63,091 bases of DNA from an uncultured Bifidobacterium sp. (GTDB taxonomy: Bacteria; Pseudomonadota; Gammaproteobacteria; Burkholderiales; Burkholderiaceae_D), in NCBI GenBank assembly GCA_964613635.1, contig CAZTIF010000003.1, forward strand, positions 1 to 63,091, in the 5' to 3' direction. Below the pieces are notes generated by a model. It did no database searches. It was given only the letters and a program-made list of their open reading frames with translations, and was not told where the DNA came from. Positions 39,166 through 47,884 of the stretch are shown piece after piece. How positions within the stretch are numbered: the stretch's first letter is position 1; each line of letters opens with the position of its first letter. The translations under genes and the position numbers were made by a program.

Positions 39166-40884
39166 TCAGCGGGCGGCGCCTGCCTGGGCAATCTGCCCGG
39201 ACGTACCACCGATATCGATTTTTCCGAATTGGGCAATGCGTCCGTCGGCCATTACGACGACGCGGTCGGCGAGCGCCAGCAGGTTGCGCTGGTGCAGCAC
39301 CATGAAGACGGTCTTGCCGGCGGCCTTCAGCTCGCCGATGGCGCGGGCCAGCGCGGCTTCGCCGACGTCGTCGAGGTTGGCGTTTGGTTCGTCCAGGACC
39401 ACGAGGTCGGGCGAGCCATAGATCGCGCGCGCCAGCGCAAGCCTTTGCCGCTGACCGCCGGACAGCAGCCGGCCGGCCTGGCCGACCGGTGTGTCATAGC
39501 CTTGCGGCAGGCGCAGGATCATCTCGTGGATGTCGGCGCGCTTCGCCGCGTCGATGACGGCTTCCGAGTCGACCTCGGCGAAACGGCAGATGTTCTCGGC
39601 GACGGATCCGTCGAACAGCTCGATGTCCTGCGGCAGGTAGCCGATGTGGGGCCCGAGTTCGTCGCGCGACCAGTCGCGCAGGTCGACGCCGTCGAGCAGC
39701 ACTTGCCCCGAGATGTGCGGCCAGATGCCGATCAGGCAGCGCGCGAGCGTCGACTTGCCCGCGCCCGACGGCCCGACGATGCCGATCACCTCGCCGGCCT
39801 CGAAGCGGATGTCGATCTTGTCGAGGATGGGGGCCTTGCGCTGCGGCGCGGTGGCCGACAGCTGGCGTACGGTGAGCTGGCCACGGACCTGTCCGGCCGT
39901 GTGGCTCGGCGATCGCTCCGGGTATTTGTCGAGCAGGGCGCCGACGTCACGATAGGCCTGCCTTGCCTGGCCGAATTCCTTCCAGGTGCTGACCAGCACG
40001 CCGATCGGTCGCAGCGCATTCCCCATCAGGACGTTGGACGCGATCATGGCGCCCAGCGTCAACTCGCCGCGGATCGCCAGCCATGCGCCAAGGGCGAGGA
40101 TCAGCGACTGCTGGCTGTACTGGACGAATTTCGTGAGGGCAGCGGTCTTGCTGGCACGGGCCTGCGCCTGCCATTGAACGTTTGCATGCTCACGGTACAG
40201 GAGCAGCCAGCGTCGTTTCAGGTTGCCCAGCATGCCCAGCGCCTCGACGACTTCGGCATTGCGCAGCTTGCCGGCGAGGTAGCTGCTGGTGTCGCCTTCG
40301 GCCGTGGTCGCGCGCTCGAGTTTCTTCGACGTCAGCCGGTTGTTGACGAACGCAAGCAGCGCAAGGAACACGGTAAAGCCCAGGCCGAACAGGCCCAGCA
40401 GCGGATGCATCGCGTACAGCACGGCCAGGTAGATCGGCGTCCACGGCATGTCGAACATCGCGATGATGCCGTTCCCGGTCAGGAACTGGCGCAGGCGCGT
40501 CAGCGAGGCGAAGGTGTTCACGTTGTCGCCGCGCGATTGCTCGAGGTTGGCTTCGAAGTTGGCGCGGAAGATGCGGGTGTTGAGCTGTTCGTCGAAACGA
40601 ACGCCGGCCCGCACCAGCAGGCGCGCGCGGATCCATTCGGCGAAGGCCATCACGGCGACGAACAGCGCGGTCAGCAGGGTCAATGCAACCAGCGTCACTT
40701 CGCTCTGGCTGAGCATCACGCGGTCGAACAGCTGCAGCATGTACAGCGTCGGCGCCAGCGTCAGCAGGTTGGCCACCAGGCTGAAGGCGCCGACCCACAG
40801 CAGCTCCTTGCGGAACGCCAGCAGCATGCGCGTCAGCGAAGGCAGCGGGGCGTGGGCCTTGGCGGGCAGTGCGATCGGGGTCAT
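39166..40884 (-). CDS. T1SS permease/ATPase (PrtD family), copy 2
   Basis: PTLYMLQLFDRV, FDMPWTP, GPSGAGKS, LSGGQRQR, LDEPNANLD. Confidence 0.95.
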   Translation of the reverse strand: MTPIALPAKAHAPLPSLTRMLLAFRKELLWVGAFSLVANLLTLAPTLYMLQLFDRVMLSQSEVTLVALTLLTALFVAVMAFAEWIRARLLVRAGVRFDEQLNTRIFRANFEANLEQSRGDNVNTFASLTRLRQFLTGNGIIAMFDMPWTPIYLAVLYAMHPLLGLFGLGFTVFLALLAFVNNRLTSKKLERATTAEGDTSSYLAGKLRNAEVVEALGMLGNLKRRWLLLYREHANVQWQAQARASKTAALTKFVQYSQQSLILALGAWLAIRGELTLGAMIASNVLMGNALRPIGVLVSTWKEFGQARQAYRDVGALLDKYPERSPSHTAGQVRGQLTVRQLSATAPQRKAPILDKIDIRFEAGEVIGIVGPSGAGKSTLARCLIGIWPHISGQVLLDGVDLRDWSRDELGPHIGYLPQDIELFDGSVAENICRFAEVDSEAVIDAAKRADIHEMILRLPQGYDTPVGQAGRLLSGGQRQRLALARAIYGSPDLVVLDEPNANLDDVGEAALARAIGELKAAGKTVFMVLHQRNLLALADRVVVMADGRIAQFGKIDIGGTSGQIAQAGAAR

Positions 40885-42653
40885 GCCGCACCTCCGGCGA
40901 CCTGCACGCCGGCAGCCGCCGGCGTGGGAGCCGGCATCGCGCGCGGGGCGCTCGCCTTGCGCAACGCGGCCAGCACTTCGTCACGCGGGCCGAAGGCGGC
41001 GATCTGGCCATCGCGCAGCGCCAGGATCTTGTCGGCGGCCGGCAGCACGCTGGTGCGGTGCGTGATGATGATGGTGGTGCATTTGCGTGCCTTCAGGGAC
41101 ATCAGGGTATTCATCAGGGCCTGTTCGCCGGCCTCGTCGAGGCTGGAGTTGGGTTCATCGAGCAGTACGAAATTCGGGGTGCCGTAGATGGCGCGCGCGA
41201 GCCCGACCCGCTGGCGCTGCCCGCCGGACAGGATCGCGCCGTCGTCGCCGATGCGGGTCTCGAAACCGTTCGGCAGCGCCTTCACCATCTCGGTCAGGCC
41301 CACCAGTTCGGTCGCGAGCCGGACTTTCTCGAGGTCGATGTCGCCGAAGCGCGCGATGTTCTCGGCCAGCGTGCCGTCGAACAGTTCCACCGTCTGCGGC
41401 AGGTAGCCGAGGTGCGGGCCCAGCTCGTTCTTGCTCCATGCGTACAAGTCCGCGCCGTCCAGGCGCACCTTGCCGGAGACTGCCGGCCAGATGCCCATCA
41501 GGACACGGGCCAGCGTGGTCTTGCCGGCGGCGGACGGGCCGATCAGCATCAGGGTCTCGCCCGGCTGCAAAGCGAAAGTCACGCCGCGGATGATCGGCAG
41601 GTTCGAGCCGGGGGCGGGCGCGACCACGGCTTCGACCGACAATTTGCCTTGCGGCGCCGGCAGCGGCATGTGCTCGCTGTCCGCCGGGCCGGTACCGAGG
41701 AAATCGTCGAGACGGCGGTAGGCATCGCGCGCATTCACCACGGCACGCCACTGGGCGACCAGTTGCACCAGCGGGGTCAGCACGCGGCCGCCCAGCGTGG
41801 ACGCGACGATCATGATGCCGCCACCGCCCAGCAAGAGGCCCTTGACGCTCAGCCAGCAGGACAGGCCGAGGATCAGCGAGCCTTGCATCGTCTGGATGAA
41901 CTTCGATACGGCGGAATTGGCGCCGGCAGTGTCGGATGCGGCAGCCTGCAGCTTGAGGAATTTGCGCTGGCGCGCGATCCAGCGCTGGTAAATGCTCTCG
42001 CGCATGCCCATCGCCGAGATCACCTGTGCATTGCGCAGCACGCCGCTGGCGTAGGATTGCGCGGAAATCGCCGCCTGGTTTGCCTCGGTCAGCACCGGCA
42101 TGGTCTTGCGCTCGGTGCTGAGTCCGATCAGGAATTGCACGATAGCGCCGATCAGCGCGACAACGCCCAGCCAGGGATTGATGACGGAAACGATGATCAG
42201 GAAAAGCACCGACGAAGGCAGGTCCATCATCGCGGTGATTGCGGGCGAGCCGATGAAGTCGCGGACGGTGCGCAGGTCGTTGAATGGCTGGACCGAGCCG
42301 CCACCCTGGCGCAGGCTGGCCGTGAACGAAGCGTCATGCAGCGGCTCGCGAATGGCGGCATCGACGCGCCAGCCTGCCTGCGCCAGCAGCCGGCCGCGCA
42401 GCACGTCCAGCACTTCCATCAGCACGTAGATGCCGATCACGACCAGCAGCAGCGACATCAGCGTGGTGCCGCTGCGGCTGGTCACCACGCGGTCATAGAC
42501 CTCGAGCATGAAGATGGTCGGCGCCAGCACCAGCACACTGCTGGCGAGGCTGAAGCCGAGCGCCTTTCGGAAGATCGGCGCCTGCTCCCTGACGGTTCGT
42601 CGCAGCAGGGTGGCTTGCGGCTGGCTGGCCGTGTTCGGCGGCTTGGTGGTCAT
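40881..42653 (-). CDS. T1SS permease/ATPase (PrtD family), copy 1
   Basis: PTIFMLEVYDRV, GPSAAGKT, LSGGQRQR, LDEPNSSLD. ATGA overlaps with both neighbours. Confidence 0.95.
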   Translation of the reverse strand: MTTKPPNTASQPQATLLRRTVREQAPIFRKALGFSLASSVLVLAPTIFMLEVYDRVVTSRSGTTLMSLLLVVIGIYVLMEVLDVLRGRLLAQAGWRVDAAIREPLHDASFTASLRQGGGSVQPFNDLRTVRDFIGSPAITAMMDLPSSVLFLIIVSVINPWLGVVALIGAIVQFLIGLSTERKTMPVLTEANQAAISAQSYASGVLRNAQVISAMGMRESIYQRWIARQRKFLKLQAAASDTAGANSAVSKFIQTMQGSLILGLSCWLSVKGLLLGGGGIMIVASTLGGRVLTPLVQLVAQWRAVVNARDAYRRLDDFLGTGPADSEHMPLPAPQGKLSVEAVVAPAPGSNLPIIRGVTFALQPGETLMLIGPSAAGKTTLARVLMGIWPAVSGKVRLDGADLYAWSKNELGPHLGYLPQTVELFDGTLAENIARFGDIDLEKVRLATELVGLTEMVKALPNGFETRIGDDGAILSGGQRQRVGLARAIYGTPNFVLLDEPNSSLDEAGEQALMNTLMSLKARKCTTIIITHRTSVLPAADKILALRDGQIAAFGPRDEVLAALRKASAPRAMPAPTPAAAGVQVAGGAA

Positions 42654-43360
42654 GCGACTTCTCCCAACTCTTTGACTTGATCGGCCGCGTCCTCGTCGGA
42701 CAGGGCCACATACTCGGGCAATGCTGTGGCGGCGCCTTGCTGATTCGCTTCTTTTGCGGGCGCGCCCTGGTCAGCGTCGGCGGCGAACACGAAGCGCAGC
42801 ACGAACTGAGCGCCCTGGTTTTGCAGGCTGATTTCGCGCAGCCGCTCCTGTCGGAAGCGCGTTTCATCCGCTGTGCTGATGCTGAGGCGGAAGCGGATCC
42901 GGCCGTCGAGCGTCAGCATCGATACGACGCCGTCGCGGATGCTGAGCGTATGGCGGTCGAAATACACGGGCGCGTTCGGCGAAAAACGCATCAGCGGCAG
43001 CGGACGTTCCCCCAGACGCGCGATGTTGAACGGGCTGGCGGGCGTCTGGAACACCGCGCGGCAGGCGCGCGATACCGAATAGATCGCGTTGCAGATCATT
43101 TGCGAGCCCAGCTGCGGAAAGCGCTCGCGCAAGCTGCGGTACACCAGATGATGCAAGGCCACGCGGTTCCAGCAACGGGTGTCGCGCACGACGGGCGCAA
43201 TCGCATTGCATACATCGGCAAAGGCTTGCTGCAGCTGCCTCAGCTGAGTCGCCACGGCCGGAGGCGCGTTCAGCGGGATGGTGAGCGGCTCGGGCGCGCG
43301 CCCCGTCTTCATATAGGAGCGCTTGTGCGCGGCGCGCGGGGCGGCCTGTTTGGGTTGCAT
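42650..43360 (-). CDS. TnpB/Cas12f N-terminal-half-like protein with no RuvC domain, inside the T1SS operon
   Basis: AF..VCN...NRVALHHLVYRSLRERF.QLGSQM..NAI..V, then F.....VYFDRHTLS.....VSMLTLDGRI, resembling the REC/WED half of IS200/IS605 OrfB. Ends before any RuvC-I motif. Its stop overlaps the ABC start. Confidence 0.7.
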   Translation of the reverse strand: MQPKQAAPRAAHKRSYMKTGRAPEPLTIPLNAPPAVATQLRQLQQAFADVCNAIAPVVRDTRCWNRVALHHLVYRSLRERFPQLGSQMICNAIYSVSRACRAVFQTPASPFNIARLGERPLPLMRFSPNAPVYFDRHTLSIRDGVVSMLTLDGRIRFRLSISTADETRFRQERLREISLQNQGAQFVLRFVFAADADQGAPAKEANQQGAATALPEYVALSDEDAADQVKELGEVA

Positions 43361-43413
43361 CGTTCTGGCGGTCCTATGGGTTCAGTGGGGCCCGGAGAGG
43401 GGGCGACCCGTCC

Positions 43414-44805
43414 TCAGGGGCGCGCCTCGAAACAACCGGCGATCTTGCCCAGGTCCTGGTCCGTGAGCATGCCGGCGGCGGCATGCAGCCGCAGGTAAGC
43501 CAGCAGGTAACCGTGGCGTGCCTCGGACAGGTCGCGCCGCGCGGTGTAGAGCTGTTGCAGCGCGGTCAGTACGTCCAGGTTGACCCGCTGTCCGCCGGCC
43601 ACGCTCTTGCGGGTTGCTTCCACGGCCTCCGAAGCCGAGCGTACGGCCTGCTCCATCGCCCCCATGCGAATGCGGCTGCTGGCGACCAGCTGGTACTGCT
43701 TGCGCACTTCGACCAGCGCCTTCTGCAGCGCTGCGTCAAGCTCGGCTTGGCCGGCACCGAGGCGGGCCGCAGCCTGCCGCGTTTGTGCGTTCACGCCACC
43801 GCCACTGTAAATCGGCAGCGACATTTGCACACCGATCGCATTGATGGTCGATTGCTGATTGAAGGTGAACAGGGAGTCGGAGGTGTTTCGGCTGTGCGAC
43901 GCAACCAGGTCGACGCGCGGATAATGGCCCGCGCGGTTGCGCTCGACCTCGGTTTGCGCATAGTCGACCGAATAGCGCTGCGCGCGTACTGCAGGGTTGT
44001 TCGCGGTGGCCAGCGCTTCCCACTCGGCCAGGGTCGCCGGTGCCATCGGCAATTCCGGCAAGATCGCCGCCAGCGTATCCAGCGCGCCGGGATCGCCGCC
44101 GACGATGACTGCAAGCTCGTCGCGGCGGTTCGACACAACGTCCTGCGCCTCGAGTACCTGTGCCTGTGCCAACTCGAACCGGGCGCGCGCTTCCAGCACA
44201 TCGGTCCGAGTGCCTGCGCCTTTCTCGAACAGGTTCTGGTTCGCGATCTGGTTTTCGTGATACGCGTCGCGTTGCGCGACATTCAGGCGCAACTGGTCTT
44301 CGGCCAGCAACGCTGCGAGATACGCGGTCGTCAGTCGATTGATCAAGTCTTGCGTGTCGCCGGAAAACTTCGCCTCGCTGTAGTTCACCTGCACCTTGCC
44401 GCCCATGTAGCGCTGCCAGGCATCCATGTTGAACAGCGGCTGGCGCACCTGGAGCGTGGCGGCCTTGCTGGTGTACTGCGGGTTGTCGTTTGTCTGGTTG
44501 CCGTTGGCCGCCGTGATCGTCCGGTCAGCATCGTTCTTGCTGAAATTGTACGAGGCGCTGACATTGGGAAGCAGCCCTGCACGGCCGATCGCTTCATATT
44601 CATTGGCCGCCGCGCGGTTATGGCGCGCGCCCTGGTAGGCCGGGTCTTTTTCCAGCGCGGCCTGGTACGCCTCCATCAGGTTGAGCGCGTGTGCGGGCAG
44701 GGCCAGCGTCGCCGACGCCAGCGACACCAGGGCGCTGGCCAGTCTCAGTTCGGGACGACGGATGCGGACGGATCGGGGAGAACGTGCGGCGCGATAGATT
44801 GGCAT
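43414..44805 (-). CDS. TolC-family T1SS outer membrane protein
   Basis: Signal peptide, LMEAYQAALEKDP, AGLLP, QPLFN, AGHYPRVDL, GQRVNLDVL.A. Confidence 0.95.
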   Translation of the reverse strand: MPIYRAARSPRSVRIRRPELRLASALVSLASATLALPAHALNLMEAYQAALEKDPAYQGARHNRAAANEYEAIGRAGLLPNVSASYNFSKNDADRTITAANGNQTNDNPQYTSKAATLQVRQPLFNMDAWQRYMGGKVQVNYSEAKFSGDTQDLINRLTTAYLAALLAEDQLRLNVAQRDAYHENQIANQNLFEKGAGTRTDVLEARARFELAQAQVLEAQDVVSNRRDELAVIVGGDPGALDTLAAILPELPMAPATLAEWEALATANNPAVRAQRYSVDYAQTEVERNRAGHYPRVDLVASHSRNTSDSLFTFNQQSTINAIGVQMSLPIYSGGGVNAQTRQAAARLGAGQAELDAALQKALVEVRKQYQLVASSRIRMGAMEQAVRSASEAVEATRKSVAGGQRVNLDVLTALQQLYTARRDLSEARHGYLLAYLRLHAAAGMLTDQDLGKIAGCFEARP

Positions 44806-44937
44806 GGCTGGCTGGTTTGGGCTGGGATTTTCGATATTGTTTTACTGCCGAATGCTACAGCAACTCCCTTGCATGGTATTTCAAAATTCCATGCATATAT
44901 GAACTTTTCAACTGTAGGTTCGCGGGTCGATCCGTAC

Positions 44938-44953
44938 TGTGACGGTCGTCACA
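44938..44953. promoter_or_regulatory. Crp-type binding site upstream of the T1SS operon
   Basis: TGTGA-cggtcg-TCACA, a perfect core, between divergent tolC-like and sugar-transferase genes. Confidence 0.78.
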
Positions 44954-45040
44954 TTGCGCCAGGGGCGGGGTATCCGGTTAGACTGCGCGGTTGGACTGCG
45001 CCCCTCGCGCAGTGCTGTTCATTGAACAAGAGACGATCGA

Positions 45041-45652
45041 ATGAAAAAAGAACTGACGATGAAACGAATCGCCGACCTCGCGCTGGCGCTGCTGATCGGC
45101 GTGGTTTTGCTGTTGCCGTCGCTGCTGATTGCGATTTTGCTGAAGCGGGATGGCGGGCCGGTGCTGGTACGCCCGCACCGGGTCGGGCGTCATGGCCGCA
45201 TGGTCAAGACCTTCGAGTTTCGCTCGGCGGTATCGGAGCCGGGCGCGATGGAAACCGTGGGCGGCTGCGAAGGCGAGCGCGTCACGCCGCTCGGCGCATT
45301 TTTGCGGCGCACCGGGATGGTCCGCTGGCCGATGCTGCTGAGCGTGCTGCACGGTGATTTCAGCGTTGTCGGCCCGCGCGCCGAAATGCCGCGCTATGTC
45401 GGTTGTTATCCGACCGAGGTGCGCAAGCGTGTATTGGCGGTGAAGCCGGGACTGATCGATTTGTCGACGGTGGAGTTTCGCGAAGAGCGCCGGCTGCTGC
45501 AGGGACTCGAGGGCGAAGCACTGGAAAATGCATACATGGAAAAGGTTTTGCCGCAGCGGCTGGATTATGCGCAGCGTTATATCGAACGCCGCGGTGTCCT
45601 GACGGATGCCGGCATCCTGCTGCGCGCGCTGCTGCTGCCATTGCGCGGCTGA
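45041..45652 (+). CDS. Bacterial sugar transferase (monotopic PGT) homologue with degenerate active site
   Basis: KRIAD, RVGRHG, RVTPLGAFLRRT, GDFSVVGPR, VKPGL. The usual DELPQ reads VRWPM. Confidence 0.8.
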   Translation: MKKELTMKRIADLALALLIGVVLLLPSLLIAILLKRDGGPVLVRPHRVGRHGRMVKTFEFRSAVSEPGAMETVGGCEGERVTPLGAFLRRTGMVRWPMLLSVLHGDFSVVGPRAEMPRYVGCYPTEVRKRVLAVKPGLIDLSTVEFREERRLLQGLEGEALENAYMEKVLPQRLDYAQRYIERRGVLTDAGILLRALLLPLRG

Positions 45653-45707
45653 GGGCGCGGCGCAGGCGGCTGTTTTTGTCTGCATGAACGCAGAGAAAAA
45701 CGCAGGC

Positions 45708-45744
45708 AAAACAAAGGCCACCCCAAGGGTGGCCTTTGTTTTTT
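45708..45744. terminator. Bidirectional Rho-independent terminator
   Basis: aaaacaaaggccaccc-caa-gggtggcctttgtttt between convergent genes. Confidence 0.88.
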
Positions 45745-45757
45745 CAGGCGGAAAGGA

Positions 45758-46066
45758 TCAGGCGGCGTTCGTAATAAGGAACTGCGCCTTGTCGCGGCCG
45801 GCCATCCATTTCGGCGGCTTGCCGCGGCCGCTCCAGGTTTCGCCGGTCGCGTTGTTGCGGTATTTCGGCGCCACCGGGCGGCGTGCCACCTTGACCGGCT
45901 TGCGCTTTGCACCTGCGCCGAAGCCGAGGTCTTCCGGAGAAATGCCGTAATCCTTCATTTTCGTGTGAATTTCCGCAATCGCTGCAGCGATTTCATTCTT
46001 GCGCGCCTGCTCGGCTTCCTTCTGAAGCCTTTCAATCTGACTTTGCAGTTCTTTGTAAGTCGTCAT
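45758..46066 (-). CDS. H-NS family nucleoid-associated protein
   Basis: N-terminal coiled coil, then PKYRNNATGETWSGRGKPPKW. Confidence 0.93.
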   Translation of the reverse strand: MTTYKELQSQIERLQKEAEQARKNEIAAAIAEIHTKMKDYGISPEDLGFGAGAKRKPVKVARRPVAPKYRNNATGETWSGRGKPPKWMAGRDKAQFLITNAA

Positions 46067-46492
46067 GGTGTTCCCCGATGAATTGAGTTGCATATGGTAA
46101 ACGGCTCCAGTGTATGAGTGCCGGAACCAGCCGGCGAATTATATTCGAAGTGCTGAAGGGGTGAGCGCGATGACTCACTAATAATTTGAAAAATAATGTA
46201 ATTCAATGATTAATAAGGTTTTTCATCGAATGGTGTTAGATTTGAGAAACGTTTTTTCCGGTTTTCAACGATTAATCTTTCGATTTTCGGCCATTTGATA
46301 TCGCCGATCGTCCGAACATCGGTACGGAATCCCAATTTTTCCACCGAGTGAATTTTCTGCCCTTGATATTTATTCAAACCGGTGCGGATTATTCGGGCTT
46401 GAATGGCGGCGCATTTATTGGCCGGCATGCGGCCGGGGAGGGGTATGAAGGAGGCGCGCCGGTGTAAGTGGGCAGCGCCTTGGCAGTGCAGC

Positions 46493-47089
46493 TCAGTTTT
46501 TCCCGGGGCTGCCGGTGTGCAGTTCCATCATGGCCTGTTCATGCCGGCCTTCGCAGAGCAGGGGAATCACGTCGAGCGCGTTGTCGATGGCCCGGTCGAT
46601 CAGTACCTGCTCTTCGGCGCGCGGCCGGTGCAGCACAAAATCCACCACCGGCTGCTGCAGTTTCAGTTCGCGCGGATGGCCAATACCTATTCTCAGTCGC
46701 CAGTAATCCTGCGTGCCGAGTGCGGCAGTGATGTCTTTCAGGCCATTGTGCCCGCCGGAGGAGCCGCCCTTTTTCAGTTTCGCCGCACCGGGCGGCAGGT
46801 CGAGTTCGTCATGCACGACCAGCACTTCGTCGGGCGCGATCTTGTAAAAGCGCGCCAGCGCGCCGACCGACTGGCCCGAGCGGTTCATGTAGGTTTGCGG
46901 TTCGAGCAGCCAGACCTCGCTGCCGGCGATGCGGGTCTTCGCCGCCAGCGCATTGAAGCGCGATTCCTTGCGCAGGTCGCCGCGCGCAAGCTGGTCGACC
47001 AGCCAGAAGCCGGCATTATGGCGGGTCAGTTCATAGTCGGCGCCCGGATTGCCGAGGCCGACGATCAGGCGGATGGGTGCGCTGGGCAT
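46493..47089 (-). CDS. pth: Peptidyl-tRNA hydrolase
   Basis: [35 protein letters not shown]. Confidence 0.97.
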   Translation of the reverse strand: MPSAPIRLIVGLGNPGADYELTRHNAGFWLVDQLARGDLRKESRFNALAAKTRIAGSEVWLLEPQTYMNRSGQSVGALARFYKIAPDEVLVVHDELDLPPGAAKLKKGGSSGGHNGLKDITAALGTQDYWRLRIGIGHPRELKLQQPVVDFVLHRPRAEEQVLIDRAIDNALDVIPLLCEGRHEQAMMELHTGSPGKN

Positions 47090-47135
47090 GGGGTTCGCGG
47101 TCAAAAAGGCGGATTATCGCGGATCGCGCGCGCGT

Positions 47136-47164
47136 AAAAAAGCCCGCCGCAAGGGGCGGGCTTT
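47136..47164 (-). terminator. Rho-independent terminator after rplY
   Basis: Minus strand gcccgcc-ccttgc-ggcgggc followed by T6. Confidence 0.8.
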
Positions 47165-47182
47165 CCGGCGCTGCGAAGCAGA

Positions 47183-47779
47183 TTACTTCTTCTCTTCGTC
47201 GGCAGCGGCGTCCGCCTTCGCGCCGCGCGGGATGACCGCGGTGGCGATGGTCGGGTTTTCCTTCGCGTGCACGGCGGTCACGCCAGCCGGCAGCTTCAGG
47301 TCGGCAACGTGGAAAGACGCGCCTTCGGTCATGTTCGACAGGTCGACCTCGATGAATTCCGGCAGGTCCTTCGGCAGGCAGCTGACGTCCAGTTCATTCA
47401 GCACGTGGCTGATGACGCCGCCGGCCAGCTTCACGACCGGAGCGATGTCGGCGTTGATGAAGTGCAGCGGCACCTTCACGTGCAGCTTGGCGTTCGGATC
47501 GATGCGCTGGAAATCGATGTGCATGACCAGTTGCTTGTAAGCGTGCATCTGGAAATCGCGCAGCACGACCTTCTCGGCCTTGCCGTCGACTTTCATGTCG
47601 AGGATCGACGAGTGGAACGCTTCCTTCTTCAGCGCGTGGTACAGCGCGTTGTGATCCAGCGAGATCGCGACCGGTGCCTCGGTGCCGCCGTAGATGATGC
47701 CCGGCGTCTGGCCCGCACGACGCAGGCGGCGGCTCGCTCCGGACCCCTGCTCGGTACGCGGGAATGCAATAACTTCCAT
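47183..47779 (-). CDS. rplY: 50S ribosomal protein L25/Ctc
   Basis: [28 protein letters not shown]. Confidence 0.97.
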   Translation of the reverse strand: MEVIAFPRTEQGSGASRRLRRAGQTPGIIYGGTEAPVAISLDHNALYHALKKEAFHSSILDMKVDGKAEKVVLRDFQMHAYKQLVMHIDFQRIDPNAKLHVKVPLHFINADIAPVVKLAGGVISHVLNELDVSCLPKDLPEFIEVDLSNMTEGASFHVADLKLPAGVTAVHAKENPTIATAVIPRGAKADAAADEEKK

Positions 47780-47814
47780 GACTACTCCTGTAATGGGCTT
47801 GCGCCCGTAGGTTG

Positions 47815-47838
47815 ATGCCCCCCGCGACCAGGGGGCAT
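47815..47838 (-). promoter_or_regulatory. Hairpin in rplY leader (possible L25 autoregulatory element)
   Basis: Minus strand atgccccc-tggtcgcg-gggggcat about 36 nt before the rplY ATG. Confidence 0.4.
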
Positions 47839-47884
47839 GAAAAGGGGCGTCGCTTGCGCGCCGCCCCGAATGCTTGTTTTCCTG

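Noticed and set aside
42650..43414. Active IS200/IS605 element or CRISPR-Cas12f locus
   Set aside because: No tnpA, RuvC, terminal hairpins, array or cas genes seen.
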